Below are positions 52,854 through 63,303 of a stretch of DNA of 64,000 nucleotides, one piece after another. The stretch's first letter is position 1; every line of letters starts with the position of its first letter. Below the pieces are notes generated by a model that saw only the letters and a program-made list of their open reading frames with translations, was not told the origin of the DNA and did not search any database. Both the position numbers and the translations under genes were made by a program. Where the stretch lies: NCBI GenBank assembly GCA_027451365.1, contig DAIDJN010000084.1:1-64000 (forward strand), written 5' to 3'. This DNA comes from Phycisphaerales bacterium (GTDB lineage Bacteria > Planctomycetota > Phycisphaerae > WQYP01).

Positions 52854-54602
52854 CTACGCCAGCAGACGCTCGTGCACAATTTTGCCGATATGTTCCGCCA
52901 GGCCGACCAGGGGCAGCATCTGGGCCTGCGGCTGGTCACGGAATTTAACTTCCACCTGTCCGGTGGCCAGGCCCTTGTCGCCGAGCACCAGACGGATGGG
53001 AATGCCGATAAGATCCGCATCCTTAAATTTCACGCCGGGCCGCTGATCGCGGTCGTCCACCAGAACATCCACGCCCATTCGGGTCAATTCCGTATGGAGG
53101 GAATCGGCAATGCGGCGAGCTTCGCCATCATATTTAATCGGCGTAATCACCACATGGCAGGGGGCTATGCTCATCGGCCAGCGAATGCCATCGGCATCCG
53201 ACAGGGTTTCCAGTGCGGCCACCATGACACGGCCCGGACCGATGCCATAGCAGCCCATAATCATGGAGACTTTTTTTTGCTTTTCATCCAGATAGGTCGC
53301 ATCCAAAGCGTCGGAATACTTCGTTCCCAGTTTGAACACATGGCCCAGTTCAATGCCCTTGCTGAAAATTAAATCCGTGCCGTTGGGCGCTTTATCTGAT
53401 TCGGTTACGTTGCGGATATCGGCCACTGATGCACTGGCCAGTTTGGCCGCCTCCATGTGCTGCCGCCAGTTAAAGTTGGCAATATGCATTTCTGTTTCAT
53501 TGGCACCGGTCACCGCCTTGTCCAGACGCAGCGCATCAGGATCAATAATCAGACTCGCCTGTAACGAATTGACCACATGCGGGCCGACAAAACCGATAAC
53601 AAAGCCGGCGGCGCGGGCATATTTTTCATCGGCCAGTTCGACATTTCCGACGATTTTCCTGAGTTTTGCCTCATTTATTTCATGATCGCCACGCACACAG
53701 GCGACAACCCATTGCGTCTGATCTTTCTGGCGAAGCGCGTAGACCAGCGTTTTAATCATCTGATTCGGCTGAATTTTAAGCATGGCGCACAAATCTGCAA
53801 TGGACGATGCGCCCGGCGTGGCGATGCTCTGCAATGGGGCACCATGGGCCGGTGGAAGATCGGTCAGACCTGCCGCCGCACCTGGCCCGCATCCGGCACG
53901 TTCCAGATTGGCGGCGTATGAACCATCTTTGGCGCGCACAATCACATCTTCTCCAGCGTCGCACGGGCAGATAAATTCATGACTGGCATCGCCACCAATC
54001 GGGCCGCTGTCCGCTTCCACAGGTATAGCGGTGATTCCGCAACGCTGGAAAATTTTCACATATGCGCCGTACATTGCCTGGTAGGTTTCGTGAAGGCTTT
54101 CCAATGAAGAATGGAAGCTGTACGCATCTTTCATAAAAAATTCGCGGACGCGCAACAGTCCATTGCGGGGCCGCGCTTCATCACGGAATTTGCCCTGAAT
54201 CTGATAAAGGGTCAGCGGCAGTTGTTTATGGCTGTTGATGCAGGCTTTCATCAGCTCGGTCACACATTCTTCATGGGTCGGGCCAAGAATCATTTCCGAA
54301 CCCTTGCGGTCCTTGAGTTTAAACAAAAGAGGACCGTAATCCATGTAGCGGCCGGTCTGCTTCCAAAGGTCGGCGGGCAGCAGAGCGGGCAGGTGAATTT
54401 CCTGCGCGTCAATGGCATCCATTTCCTGCCGGATAATGTGCATTATTTTCTGCATCGACCGCCATCCCAGCGGAAGCCAGTCGTATACGCCGGCACTGAT
54501 GCGCCGGATAAGCCCGGCACGAACCATCAGTTGATGGGAAATAATTTCCGCATCGGCGGGCACTTCGCGACTGGTGGGAATAAGCGTTTTGGACCAATAC
54601 AT
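52854..54602 (-). CDS. proS: Proline--tRNA ligase (bacterial type with INS editing domain)
   Basis: SHQLMVRAG, LGPTHEE, KFRDEARPR.GLLR.REF.MKDAYSF, GIELGHVFKLG, MGCYGIG and KFKDADLIG. The start is probably MYWSK at 54602. Confidence 0.97.
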   Translation of the reverse strand: MYWSKTLIPTSREVPADAEIISHQLMVRAGLIRRISAGVYDWLPLGWRSMQKIMHIIRQEMDAIDAQEIHLPALLPADLWKQTGRYMDYGPLLFKLKDRKGSEMILGPTHEECVTELMKACINSHKQLPLTLYQIQGKFRDEARPRNGLLRVREFFMKDAYSFHSSLESLHETYQAMYGAYVKIFQRCGITAIPVEADSGPIGGDASHEFICPCDAGEDVIVRAKDGSYAANLERAGCGPGAAAGLTDLPPAHGAPLQSIATPGASSIADLCAMLKIQPNQMIKTLVYALRQKDQTQWVVACVRGDHEINEAKLRKIVGNVELADEKYARAAGFVIGFVGPHVVNSLQASLIIDPDALRLDKAVTGANETEMHIANFNWRQHMEAAKLASASVADIRNVTESDKAPNGTDLIFSKGIELGHVFKLGTKYSDALDATYLDEKQKKVSMIMGCYGIGPGRVMVAALETLSDADGIRWPMSIAPCHVVITPIKYDGEARRIADSLHTELTRMGVDVLVDDRDQRPGVKFKDADLIGIPIRLVLGDKGLATGQVEVKFRDQPQAQMLPLVGLAEHIGKIVHERLLA

Positions 54603-54716
54603 CGTATTCTTCTCCAGCAAAAATCTCTGGCGGTTTTATAGGCGGACAGCTTTTATTGCAAGCGAGCTTAGTTTTCCAGCGCAGCTTCATGTAGCACCAG
54701 CGGCTTTCCGGTTCGG

Positions 54717-55622
54717 TCAGGCTGCGCCGGATGCAGATGAGGCTGGTTCATCCGGGACCGCTTCCACGTCCACCGAAACATTCACCGTATGACCATGACC
54801 ACCGAGCACCACGCCGCGCAAGGGGGAAATGTCATGAAAATCGCGGCCATAGGCAATGGCGATATGCTGATCGCAAACGAATAAATTATTGGTTGGGTCC
54901 AGGTCCACCCAGCCGTAACCAGGAAGAAAAGTGGATACCCAGGCGTGGGAGGCATCCGCGCCGACAATTTTCGCCTGGCCCGGTGGGGGGATTGTCAGCA
55001 GGTATCCGCTGACATACCGGGCGGCCAGGCCAAAACTCCGGAAGCAGCCGATGGCCAGATGGGCAAAATCCTGGCAGACTCCATGCCGTTTCTCCAATAC
55101 CTGGTCAAGCGGTGTGGAAATTGTGGTGCTGGTGGTATCGAAAGTGAACTGTTCATAAATTCGTCGCATCAGGTCGCGGGCGGCTCGCAGTAGGGTGTTT
55201 TCCGGATGGAAAGATTCCCGTGCAAAGGCCAGCAGATCCGCTGTCAGCGGAATCGCCGGGGAAGGCAGCGTAAACCCGAAGGGTTCCGCCAACTGACCGC
55301 GCCGCTGATGCAGCATATCCGTAATGGCCTGCCAGGGCATTTCCGGCATGCTTTCCGGCGGGGCGGCGGGTATGACGTCCACCAGACCGCGCGCCGTTAC
55401 GGCCAGACTTTCATGTGACTTTTGAATAGCAAAATAAAGAACGGGATTGCCGAAGTAATCATAACGTCGGGTTTGGACGGCGGGGGCCGGGTCAATCACC
55501 AACTCGTGGTAAAGCCACGACTGCCGCGGATAATCCCTTGGCAGAAGATGCGCCATATTGTGACAAATGGAGACAGGTTCCGTGTATTGATAGCCAGTAT
55601 TGTGCAATATCTGGTATTTCAC
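54717..55622 (-). CDS. Transglutaminase-like protein (N-terminal beta domain plus catalytic core)
   Basis: DYFGN, GVCQDFAH (catalytic Cys), ARYVSGY, ASHAW, DLDPTN and GRDF.DISPLRG. Confidence 0.92.
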   Translation of the reverse strand: MKYQILHNTGYQYTEPVSICHNMAHLLPRDYPRQSWLYHELVIDPAPAVQTRRYDYFGNPVLYFAIQKSHESLAVTARGLVDVIPAAPPESMPEMPWQAITDMLHQRRGQLAEPFGFTLPSPAIPLTADLLAFARESFHPENTLLRAARDLMRRIYEQFTFDTTSTTISTPLDQVLEKRHGVCQDFAHLAIGCFRSFGLAARYVSGYLLTIPPPGQAKIVGADASHAWVSTFLPGYGWVDLDPTNNLFVCDQHIAIAYGRDFHDISPLRGVVLGGHGHTVNVSVDVEAVPDEPASSASGAA

Positions 55623-58207
55623 AGGTTGTTCACCGCCGGCAATGAGCCTAATTGGTATGACACGTTGGTGTGCGACAGATATCCACGGCTGATCGCATCG
55701 GAAAGCGCTTCAAGATGTTCGATGATTCCTTTTACCAGTTCATCAAGCTGATCGCGGCGACCATCGGCCTGCGGCTTGCAGGCAGCCTGCACGTCGGCCA
55801 GCCGCACGCCGGTTAAGGCTCGGAGAATAATTTTCTGTTCCGGTGTTGCGTGTGGTCGGTCCACCGAACGCGGAAGACTTGCAATATGTTCAGTCAGCCG
55901 CGCAAGCTGGAATCCCACGGAACGCGGATTTCCTTCATCCAGCAGCAGAAGATCAAGAACAGCGGCGGCTTGAAGATTCGTTAAATACCGTCGCCGATAA
56001 GTCATGGAACTGTCGGCGATTTCCAGAATGGCTTCCAGAATCAGGTTTTCATCATCGCAAACGCGATCCATTGTGCCGCGCAATAGAAGCATGGTATGAA
56101 GCGCACGTTCCAAACGGCGGCCCATATCCAGAAACCGCCAGGCGTGACCATGAGTCATGCTTTCAGAGGCGAATCCGCCAAACGCCGCAAAGTGAACAAT
56201 CAGTTGATCCAGGTCGGCCAGAATGTCATTTAACTGCCAGGCCGAATCGCCCTGCGTTGCCCCCGGTCGAGGTTGGTCCAGACTGCTGATGACCCGCCAG
56301 GTATCAATGCTCAGGCGGTCGCGCAGAACCCCACCAAGCCGTTGGGTCGCGGTAAGGGTCGGGTACAGGCTTCCCGGCTGGTTGGCATCGTACAGAATCG
56401 ATTCTATCGTGGCCGGAGTCAATGGCCCCCGTTGCGATGAAACACCCAGTGGTGCCACCGGTGTACCGGCGGCGGCGTGTGACTGGCCGATCGCCACCGA
56501 AAGCAGGATGGGAATTTCCGAACTGGTCTTCCCGACAGCCTGACTCGCAGCGCGAAGCAGAATGCCGCGCATCAGGCGGGTAAGCCCTTCGGCGCGTTCC
56601 ATATATCGGCCAAGCCAGAAAAGATTATCCGCTGATCGGCTGGATAAATCGTTTCCGCCGCGGTTAATTGTCACGTTCTGGCCGGTGGGGGGCAAAAGTG
56701 AAAGATTGTCAACCGGGCCGTCGGCGATTACCCAGGTATCTTTGGAGCCGCCACCCTCCTGCATCGACACCACGAGTGTTTCCGATGAAGCGGAAAAACG
56801 CGTCAACCCGCCGGGCATGACGGCATACGAATCCGCCCTGGATGCGACAAGATGAACGCGCATCTGCATGTGCCGCGGCTCAAACCCGTTCTCCGTCAGC
56901 ACTGGTGTGGTGGCAAGCGTCAATTGTTCCTGGGCCACAAACAACTGCGGATTGCGGCGAATTTCCGCCAGCATGTCCGCGCGCTGTGCTGTAGAAAGAT
57001 TCTGCATGAAAACCGGATTAACGCCGCGCCGGGGAAAGGTCTGCTTGATAACAAGGTCTTCCGGATGGTCCAGCACATAGGAAAGTGAGGCCGGATCGCC
57101 GCACCACCAGCTGGCCGCACTGGGCAAAAGCATATCCTGGTCCAGCAGCCGCCGACACAAAGTCGGAAGAAATGGCGCAAGAGCGGGCGTTTGGGCAAGC
57201 CCGGTTCCCAGCGCGTTGATAACGGATACCGTACCGGCGTGAACCGCCTGTACCAGCCCGGCCACACCAAGAAAGCTGTCGGCTCTAAGTTCAAGAGGAT
57301 CACAAAAATCGTCATCTAAACGGCGCAGGATAACATCCACCGGCTCAAGCCCGGCAAGTGTTTTCAAATAAACCTGGGAATCGCGCACGGTTAAATCGCC
57401 ACCTTCCACCAACGTGTAGCCCAGGTAGCGGGCCAGATAGGAATGCTCAAAATATGTTTCGCTGTAGGGGCCGGGGGTCAGAACAACCACGCGCGGATTG
57501 TCCTTGTTTCGTGGTGCCGCGTTGATCAGCGTTTCACGGAAAGTCAGGAAGAATTGTGCCAGTCTGCGAACATTGCAATCGCGAAAAATATCCGGCAACG
57601 CCCGTGAAAGCACAATCCGATTTTCCAGTGCATAACCCACCCCGGCTGGAGTCTGCGTGCGGTCGCTCATAACAAAAAATGTTCCGTTGGGCGAACGCGC
57701 CAGATCGACGGCATGTTGATAAAGCCAGCGGTTGTTCGGCAGACGCGCGCCATGACATGGCCGCAGAAAATATGGATGTGTCAGAATAAGTTCCGGGGGT
57801 AACAGGCCTTCCTGAATCAGGCGCTGCGGACCATAGCAGTCGGCAATAATGCGGTCAAGCAGGCAGGCCCGTTGAATAAGTCCCCTCTCCAGAAAGCTCC
57901 ATTGGGTGGAATCCAGCAGCAGGGGAATCGGGTCGAGCTGCCAGGGCCGGTCCATTCCCTTCGGATCGCCATACACATTATAGGTGACGCCGTTGTCATG
58001 TATCAGTTGGCGGGCCTGATTCCACCGGCGCTGAATTTCCCCGGCCCCAAGTTCATTAATCTGGTTGATGAACATGAACCAGTGGGAGCGCAAAGCTCCA
58101 CCCGATTCAAACATTTCGTCATATGCTCCAGGATTGGAAACATAGTTCCCGCATAATCCGCCGGGCCGCTCCGAACCCTTCGCAGTTATTGTATCTGAAT
58201 CGCTCAT
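55619..58207 (-). CDS. Circularly permuted type 2 ATP-grasp fused to an alpha-E (DUF403) domain
   Basis: GVTYNVY, RPWQLDPIP, DRTQTPAG.GYALENR, RRLDDDFCDPLEL, PGGLTR, GGGSKDTWV; alpha-E ER motifs WLGRYMERAE and GRRLERA. The start is probably 58207. Confidence 0.92.
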   Translation of the reverse strand: MSDSDTITAKGSERPGGLCGNYVSNPGAYDEMFESGGALRSHWFMFINQINELGAGEIQRRWNQARQLIHDNGVTYNVYGDPKGMDRPWQLDPIPLLLDSTQWSFLERGLIQRACLLDRIIADCYGPQRLIQEGLLPPELILTHPYFLRPCHGARLPNNRWLYQHAVDLARSPNGTFFVMSDRTQTPAGVGYALENRIVLSRALPDIFRDCNVRRLAQFFLTFRETLINAAPRNKDNPRVVVLTPGPYSETYFEHSYLARYLGYTLVEGGDLTVRDSQVYLKTLAGLEPVDVILRRLDDDFCDPLELRADSFLGVAGLVQAVHAGTVSVINALGTGLAQTPALAPFLPTLCRRLLDQDMLLPSAASWWCGDPASLSYVLDHPEDLVIKQTFPRRGVNPVFMQNLSTAQRADMLAEIRRNPQLFVAQEQLTLATTPVLTENGFEPRHMQMRVHLVASRADSYAVMPGGLTRFSASSETLVVSMQEGGGSKDTWVIADGPVDNLSLLPPTGQNVTINRGGNDLSSRSADNLFWLGRYMERAEGLTRLMRGILLRAASQAVGKTSSEIPILLSVAIGQSHAAAGTPVAPLGVSSQRGPLTPATIESILYDANQPGSLYPTLTATQRLGGVLRDRLSIDTWRVISSLDQPRPGATQGDSAWQLNDILADLDQLIVHFAAFGGFASESMTHGHAWRFLDMGRRLERALHTMLLLRGTMDRVCDDENLILEAILEIADSSMTYRRRYLTNLQAAAVLDLLLLDEGNPRSVGFQLARLTEHIASLPRSVDRPHATPEQKIILRALTGVRLADVQAACKPQADGRRDQLDELVKGIIEHLEALSDAISRGYLSHTNVSYQLGSLPAVNNL

Positions 58208-58367
58208 GCGCTCTGGTACCAGACCTTCCCAGGAAAAAAATCCTTGGCGATTTCTCGCCTGCACCTAATGTACCCGTTTGTCCCTGATTTCCAAACCTCC
58301 AGACCAATGAGAATCGGCCAGCGCCGGAATACCCACCTGGCACGACCGCCACCCATGGTGGGATGAA

Positions 58368-61300
58368 TCATCCTGCCACCTGTCGCAAATCGAGCGTAAG
58401 CGGAAAATCAGCTGAAATTTGCGGCGGGGGGGGATTCATGGGGCGCTGCGTATGACCATGATTGAAAAACCGCGCTATCCGCCGGCTTTCAGCCTCCAAC
58501 GCGTTAACTGGAAACGAAGTATAATTTCGACCGGCAGGATGTGACACATAGTAACTGCATCCGCCCACAGACCGCCCATTCCACCGGTCCACCAGATCGA
58601 ATACCAGCGGCGTATGCACGGGTATTGTCGGATGCAGCGCCTCTGACGGTGTCCACGCTTTATAGCGCACGCCTGCCACATATTGGCCGCGGGTTCCGGT
58701 ATTCCGCAAGGGCAGAGAGTGACCATTGCAAGTGATCACATGCCGCGGATCGGTCATGCCATTGACCAGTATCTGCACACGTTCCAGCGAGGAATCCACA
58801 TACCGAACGGTGCCTCCGGCTGCACCCTGTTCACCCAGGACATACCATGGTTCAATGGCCTGCCGCAGTTCCATTTCAACGCCGCGACGGTTGATTGTGC
58901 CAATATGGGGAAAGCGAAATTCGTAATGGGTATCAAACCAGTCGGTGGAAAAGGAAAATCCGTTCTGTTTAAGGTCCGCAAGAACATCGGCGAAATCTTC
59001 TCGGACAAAATGGCCAAGCATGAATTTATCGTGAAGTTCCGTGCCCCATTTGACCAGCGGCATGTCATACGGATTCTTCCAGAAAGCCGCCAGCAGACCA
59101 CGTAAAAGCAACTGCTGTGTCAGGCTCATGCGCGCGTGGGGGGGCATTTCAAAACCGCGGAATTCCACCAGCCCCAGCCGACCTGAAGACGAATCCGGCG
59201 AATAGAGCTTGTCGATGCAGAACTCGGCCCGGTGCGTGTTTCCGGTGGAATCCACAAGAAGGTTGCGGAAAATGCGGTCCACCAGCCAGGGTGCCGGCTG
59301 CGGTGAATGACAATCTGGAACCTGTTTAAACGCAGTTTGAATTTCCGAAATAAGGTCGGGCCGGCCTTCATCAGCCCGCGGGGCCTGACTGGTTGGCCCG
59401 ACAAAAAGCCCGGAAAACAGATAGCTTAAACTCGGATGGTTATTCCAGTAACCGACCAGACTTTTGAGCAGGTCCGGACGCCGGAGAAACGGACTGTCCG
59501 ACGGAACCGCCGCACCCACAACAATATGGTTTCCACCACCAGTGCCTGTGTGGCGGCCATCCAATTGGAATTTATCAGTCCCCAGCCGCGAGGCCCTCGC
59601 TTCTTCGTATAATGCGGTGGTGTTTTGCACCAGTTGCCGCCAGTTATGTGCCGGATGAATATTCACCTCAATTACGCCGGGATCGGGCGTTATTTTAATT
59701 TGTTCCATTCGCGGGTCGGCGGGCGGGGGGTAACCTTCGATGCGCACTGGCGTTTCCATCGCCGCGGCGGTGGCCTCAATTCGCGCCACAAGGTCCAGAT
59801 AATCTTCAAGATAGCGCGTCGGCGGCATGAATATATGCAGAATTCCGCCGCGTGCTTCCGCACACAGCGCCGTGCGGATAATCCATGGGGCACTTTGCTG
59901 CAATTGAACCGGACGGGTCGGATCATTGACCGGGTCCGGGCGATTTTCGTCGGGTCTAAGCGGCCGCATCCGCCGACCAGCACCCGCGCCGATGGCAAAT
60001 TCCGTCTGTTGATGGCGAATCCACTGCGCATTGGGCGCGGTGGCGTCATCGGGTGCTTCAGCCGTTTTGGTGAAATATTTTTGCGTGCGGAAATCCGGCA
60101 GAGACTTCCGTGGTTCCCACATATCCTGTTCATGGGTAAATGGTAAATCTCCGGCGGCAACCCAAGGCAGGCTGTCCAGCGGCAAACGAAGCCCCATCGG
60201 CGAGTCGCCGGGAATCAGGTACATCCGTTCTGGACGAAAGAACCATTCGCCCGATTCCCACTTGCCCGCTCCACCCCAGTTGGTCGGCCGCAGCGGCAGG
60301 GCATAGCCGACAATTCTTGAAAGGCCCTGTTCAAAAACTTTGGCCAGACGCTTTCGATCATCTTCGTTTTCCAGCTTGCTTTGCAACGGATCGACATTGG
60401 TGGGAAGTCGCCGCTCCTTCCAAAGATAATACCAGACATCCTCATACGCGGGCATCGCGTATTTGGCATTAACGTCCAGAGCCTCGCACAGTTTTGCCAC
60501 GAATTTGCCCGCAGTGCGATAGTCCGCTTCCGGTTGAGAGCCTTCCTCGGCAACAAGTGCCGGATTGGTCCAGACAGGAACATTATCCTTTCGCCAATAG
60601 CAGCCGAAGGCATAACGGGGCAGGCTTTCTCCGGGATACCATTTGCCTTGGCCGAAATGCAGCAGCGCGCCAGGAGAAAATCGGTCGCGCAGGCGTTTAA
60701 GCAGAACACCGGAAAGACGACGCTTTTCCGGACCAACCGCTAAAGTGTTCCATTCTGGTCCGTCCATGTCATCCACGGATATAAAAGTCGGTTCGCCGCC
60801 CATCGACAGGCGCATATCCTGCTGCTGCAGTACATCGTCAATCTTATCGCCCAGCGCATCAATCGCGATCCATTGCTCCTCGGTGTACGGCTTGGTGACG
60901 CGTGGGTCTTCATGCAGCCGGGTTACGGACATTTCAACGCTAAACGTGTCTTTTCCATCCTCCTTGCCAAGCCACGCGAAACCGCCAAAGATGGGGGCCG
61001 CGTTGCCGGGTTCAGCGGTCGCCGCCAGGGGTATATGACCTTCGCCGCACATGAGCCCGCTGGTGGAATCCAATCCGACCCATCCGGCCCCAGGCAGAAA
61101 AATTTCCGTCCAGGCGTGAAGGTCCGTCACGTCTTTGCTTACGCCAGCGGGGCCATCAAGTGGCTTGACGTCGGCAACAAGCTGAATGGAATATCCGGAA
61201 ACAAAACGCGCTGCCAACCCGAGGCTGCGGGCCGCCTGTACCATAAGCCATGTAAAGTCGCGGCAGCTTCCGTGTGCTTTTTCCAGGGTCTCTTCGGGCG

Positions 61301-61814
61301 TCTGTACGCCCGGTTCCATGCGAATGTCATATTTTAAGGTTCGCTGCACCATTTGATTTAAATCGACAAGTACGTCCACCGTTCGACGCCTTTCACGTAG
61401 ATGCGCGGTGCGGAATTCATGCATAAAACGTTTGAAATGCGGAGTTTCCGGAAGCTTTTCCAGGTAGGGCGTCAGTTCCCTGGCCTGCTCGTCATGGTAA
61501 ACAAACGGGTAATGCTCGGCGTACGCATCAATAAAGAAGTCAAATGGGTTTATGACCGTCATCTCCGCCACAAGGTTTACCGATATTTCCAGGTGATCCG
61601 CCGGCTCAGGAAATACCAGTCGAGCGACATAATTGGAATAAGGGTCCTGCTGCCAGTTAATAAAATGGCGTGCGGGCGTGACCTTCAGCGAATAGGCCGA
61701 AATAGGGGTGCGGCAATGCGGTGCCGGGCGAAGCCGCACGATCTGGGGGGTAAATTGCACCAGTTGGTCGTAAGAATAACGGGTTTTGTGCGAAAGCGAG
61801 ACGCGGATAGCCAT
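58368..61814 (-). CDS. Transglutaminase fused to a DUF2126 putative amidoligase (glutamine synthetase-like COOH-NH2 ligase)
   Basis: GSCRD, ARFVSGY, DLHAW (transglutaminase); MGGEPTF, PDPGVIEVN, GTGGGNH, GNTHRAEFCIDK, EFRGFEMPP (DUF2126). Start MAIRV at 61814. Confidence 0.92.
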   Translation of the reverse strand: MAIRVSLSHKTRYSYDQLVQFTPQIVRLRPAPHCRTPISAYSLKVTPARHFINWQQDPYSNYVARLVFPEPADHLEISVNLVAEMTVINPFDFFIDAYAEHYPFVYHDEQARELTPYLEKLPETPHFKRFMHEFRTAHLRERRRTVDVLVDLNQMVQRTLKYDIRMEPGVQTPEETLEKAHGSCRDFTWLMVQAARSLGLAARFVSGYSIQLVADVKPLDGPAGVSKDVTDLHAWTEIFLPGAGWVGLDSTSGLMCGEGHIPLAATAEPGNAAPIFGGFAWLGKEDGKDTFSVEMSVTRLHEDPRVTKPYTEEQWIAIDALGDKIDDVLQQQDMRLSMGGEPTFISVDDMDGPEWNTLAVGPEKRRLSGVLLKRLRDRFSPGALLHFGQGKWYPGESLPRYAFGCYWRKDNVPVWTNPALVAEEGSQPEADYRTAGKFVAKLCEALDVNAKYAMPAYEDVWYYLWKERRLPTNVDPLQSKLENEDDRKRLAKVFEQGLSRIVGYALPLRPTNWGGAGKWESGEWFFRPERMYLIPGDSPMGLRLPLDSLPWVAAGDLPFTHEQDMWEPRKSLPDFRTQKYFTKTAEAPDDATAPNAQWIRHQQTEFAIGAGAGRRMRPLRPDENRPDPVNDPTRPVQLQQSAPWIIRTALCAEARGGILHIFMPPTRYLEDYLDLVARIEATAAAMETPVRIEGYPPPADPRMEQIKITPDPGVIEVNIHPAHNWRQLVQNTTALYEEARASRLGTDKFQLDGRHTGTGGGNHIVVGAAVPSDSPFLRRPDLLKSLVGYWNNHPSLSYLFSGLFVGPTSQAPRADEGRPDLISEIQTAFKQVPDCHSPQPAPWLVDRIFRNLLVDSTGNTHRAEFCIDKLYSPDSSSGRLGLVEFRGFEMPPHARMSLTQQLLLRGLLAAFWKNPYDMPLVKWGTELHDKFMLGHFVREDFADVLADLKQNGFSFSTDWFDTHYEFRFPHIGTINRRGVEMELRQAIEPWYVLGEQGAAGGTVRYVDSSLERVQILVNGMTDPRHVITCNGHSLPLRNTGTRGQYVAGVRYKAWTPSEALHPTIPVHTPLVFDLVDRWNGRSVGGCSYYVSHPAGRNYTSFPVNALEAESRRIARFFNHGHTQRPMNPPPPQISADFPLTLDLRQVAG

Positions 61815-62223
61815 GCGGAATAGAACTCCAAATGCGGCCAAAAACCCTCGTTTTGCACCGCATGAACCTTGTACTACCGCCAAACCCCTGGTTTTCCGAC
61901 GGCTCGTTGTATCCTCGTTCCGCGACACACGAGTATAGGGCTATTTGGAAAATAATTCGAGTCCGAAGAATTCAGGAGTCTAAATGGACTGTCGGCATTC
62001 AGGCCCAGTATCTCACGGTTAAGTTGGACGAGCCAATTAAGTCTCGGCTATCATGCGCGGCATTTGTGGTTGACGCCGGTCGTTGACTTTGTATTGAAAG
62101 AATAATGAGTTGCTGCCGACAAGACCGATAAACATTGCATCACGCAGGGCTTAAATCCGATAACAGGCCACCTGCAGTGCCGGCCCACCGGATTTCAACA
62201 AATGGCGAATGACTGGAGCATTC

Positions 62224-63207
62224 ATGAAACAACGTTACCTTATAACTGGCGGAGCTGGCTTCATTGGCAGCCATCTGGCCGGATTGCTGCTGGAACGCGG
62301 GCAAAGTGTCTACGTGCTGGATGACGAGTCAACCGGTTCGCCGGATAATATCGCCCATTTGCGGAACCATCCGGATTTTCATTATGTTCGCGGATCTATC
62401 ACCGACGATGAAGTCCTGGCCAAACTCATGGGAACGTGCCATCTGGTTGCCCATCTGGCGGCCGCGGTGGGGGTGCAATACATTTTGGATAACCCTCTAA
62501 GCAGTATTATGACCAATGTTGCCGGTACCGAGCGGGTGCTGCATTATTGCGCCCGGTTTGAAAAGCCGGTTTTTCTGGCCAGCAGCAGCGAAGTATATGG
62601 TTTACAGACCAAGGCCCCCTTGCGCGAGGATGATTCCTGTGTCATGGGACCGACCTCCGTCAGCCGCTGGTCTTACGCATGCTGCAAAGCGCTGGATGAA
62701 TTTATGGCGCTGGCATATCACCATAAAAAGAGTTTTCCAGCCGTGATAGCCAGACTTTTTAATACAGTTGGCCCGCGGCAGTCGCCAGCTTATGGAATGG
62801 TGGTTCCACGTCTGGTGGATCAGGCGTTGGCTGGCCGGCCGATGACTGTGTATGGCGATGGCCAGCAGACGCGGACGTTTACGCATGTCTCGAACGTGGT
62901 AGAGGCAATTTATCGACTGCTGTCAACTCCGGCGACCTGGGGTCAGGTTTATAACATTGGCGGCGTGGAAGAGATTTCGATACTGTCGCTTGCGCAGCGG
63001 ATCAAAAGCATAACAAAAAGCCAATCTGAAATATGCCTCATTCCGTACTCAGATGCTTTTAGCCCAAATTTCCAAGATATGCCACGTCGCGTTCCTGATG
63101 TGACCAAGCTGGAGAAAGCGATTGGTTACAAGCCGGAGATCGGGCTGGAAGCTATCATCGAAGATGTAGTCGCCGACCGACGATCGCGGTGTTCGGCTGC
63201 GAAGTGA
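62224..63207 (+). CDS. NAD-dependent nucleotide-sugar epimerase/dehydratase (extended SDR)
   Basis: ITGGAGFIGSHL, HLAAAVGV, ASSSEVYG, RWSYACCK (YxxxK), RLFNTVGPRQ and GDGQQTRTF. Confidence 0.92.
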   Translation: MKQRYLITGGAGFIGSHLAGLLLERGQSVYVLDDESTGSPDNIAHLRNHPDFHYVRGSITDDEVLAKLMGTCHLVAHLAAAVGVQYILDNPLSSIMTNVAGTERVLHYCARFEKPVFLASSSEVYGLQTKAPLREDDSCVMGPTSVSRWSYACCKALDEFMALAYHHKKSFPAVIARLFNTVGPRQSPAYGMVVPRLVDQALAGRPMTVYGDGQQTRTFTHVSNVVEAIYRLLSTPATWGQVYNIGGVEEISILSLAQRIKSITKSQSEICLIPYSDAFSPNFQDMPRRVPDVTKLEKAIGYKPEIGLEAIIEDVVADRRSRCSAAK

Positions 63208-63275
63208 TATGCTTCAAGCATTCGTGTTGGCTGGCTTTAAGGCCATCTTAAATGGCTGGTTTTAGCCCCCTATTA

Positions 63276-63303
63276 ACGTCCTATAATGAATGTTATGTTA
63301 AAT
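63276..63303 (+). other. XerC/XerD dif recombination site
   Basis: ACGTCCTATAA-TGAATG-TTATGTTAAAT has the 11-6-11 architecture. The right arm is identical to the E. coli dif XerD arm, and the site lies in an AT-rich intergenic region. Confidence 0.85.

Noticed and set aside
52854..55622. Functional link between proS and the peptide-ligase operon (tRNA-dependent chemistry)
   Set aside because: ProS is a full-length housekeeping enzyme, and the ligases are ATP-grasp/GS-like types that do not need tRNA; adjacency alone is insufficient.
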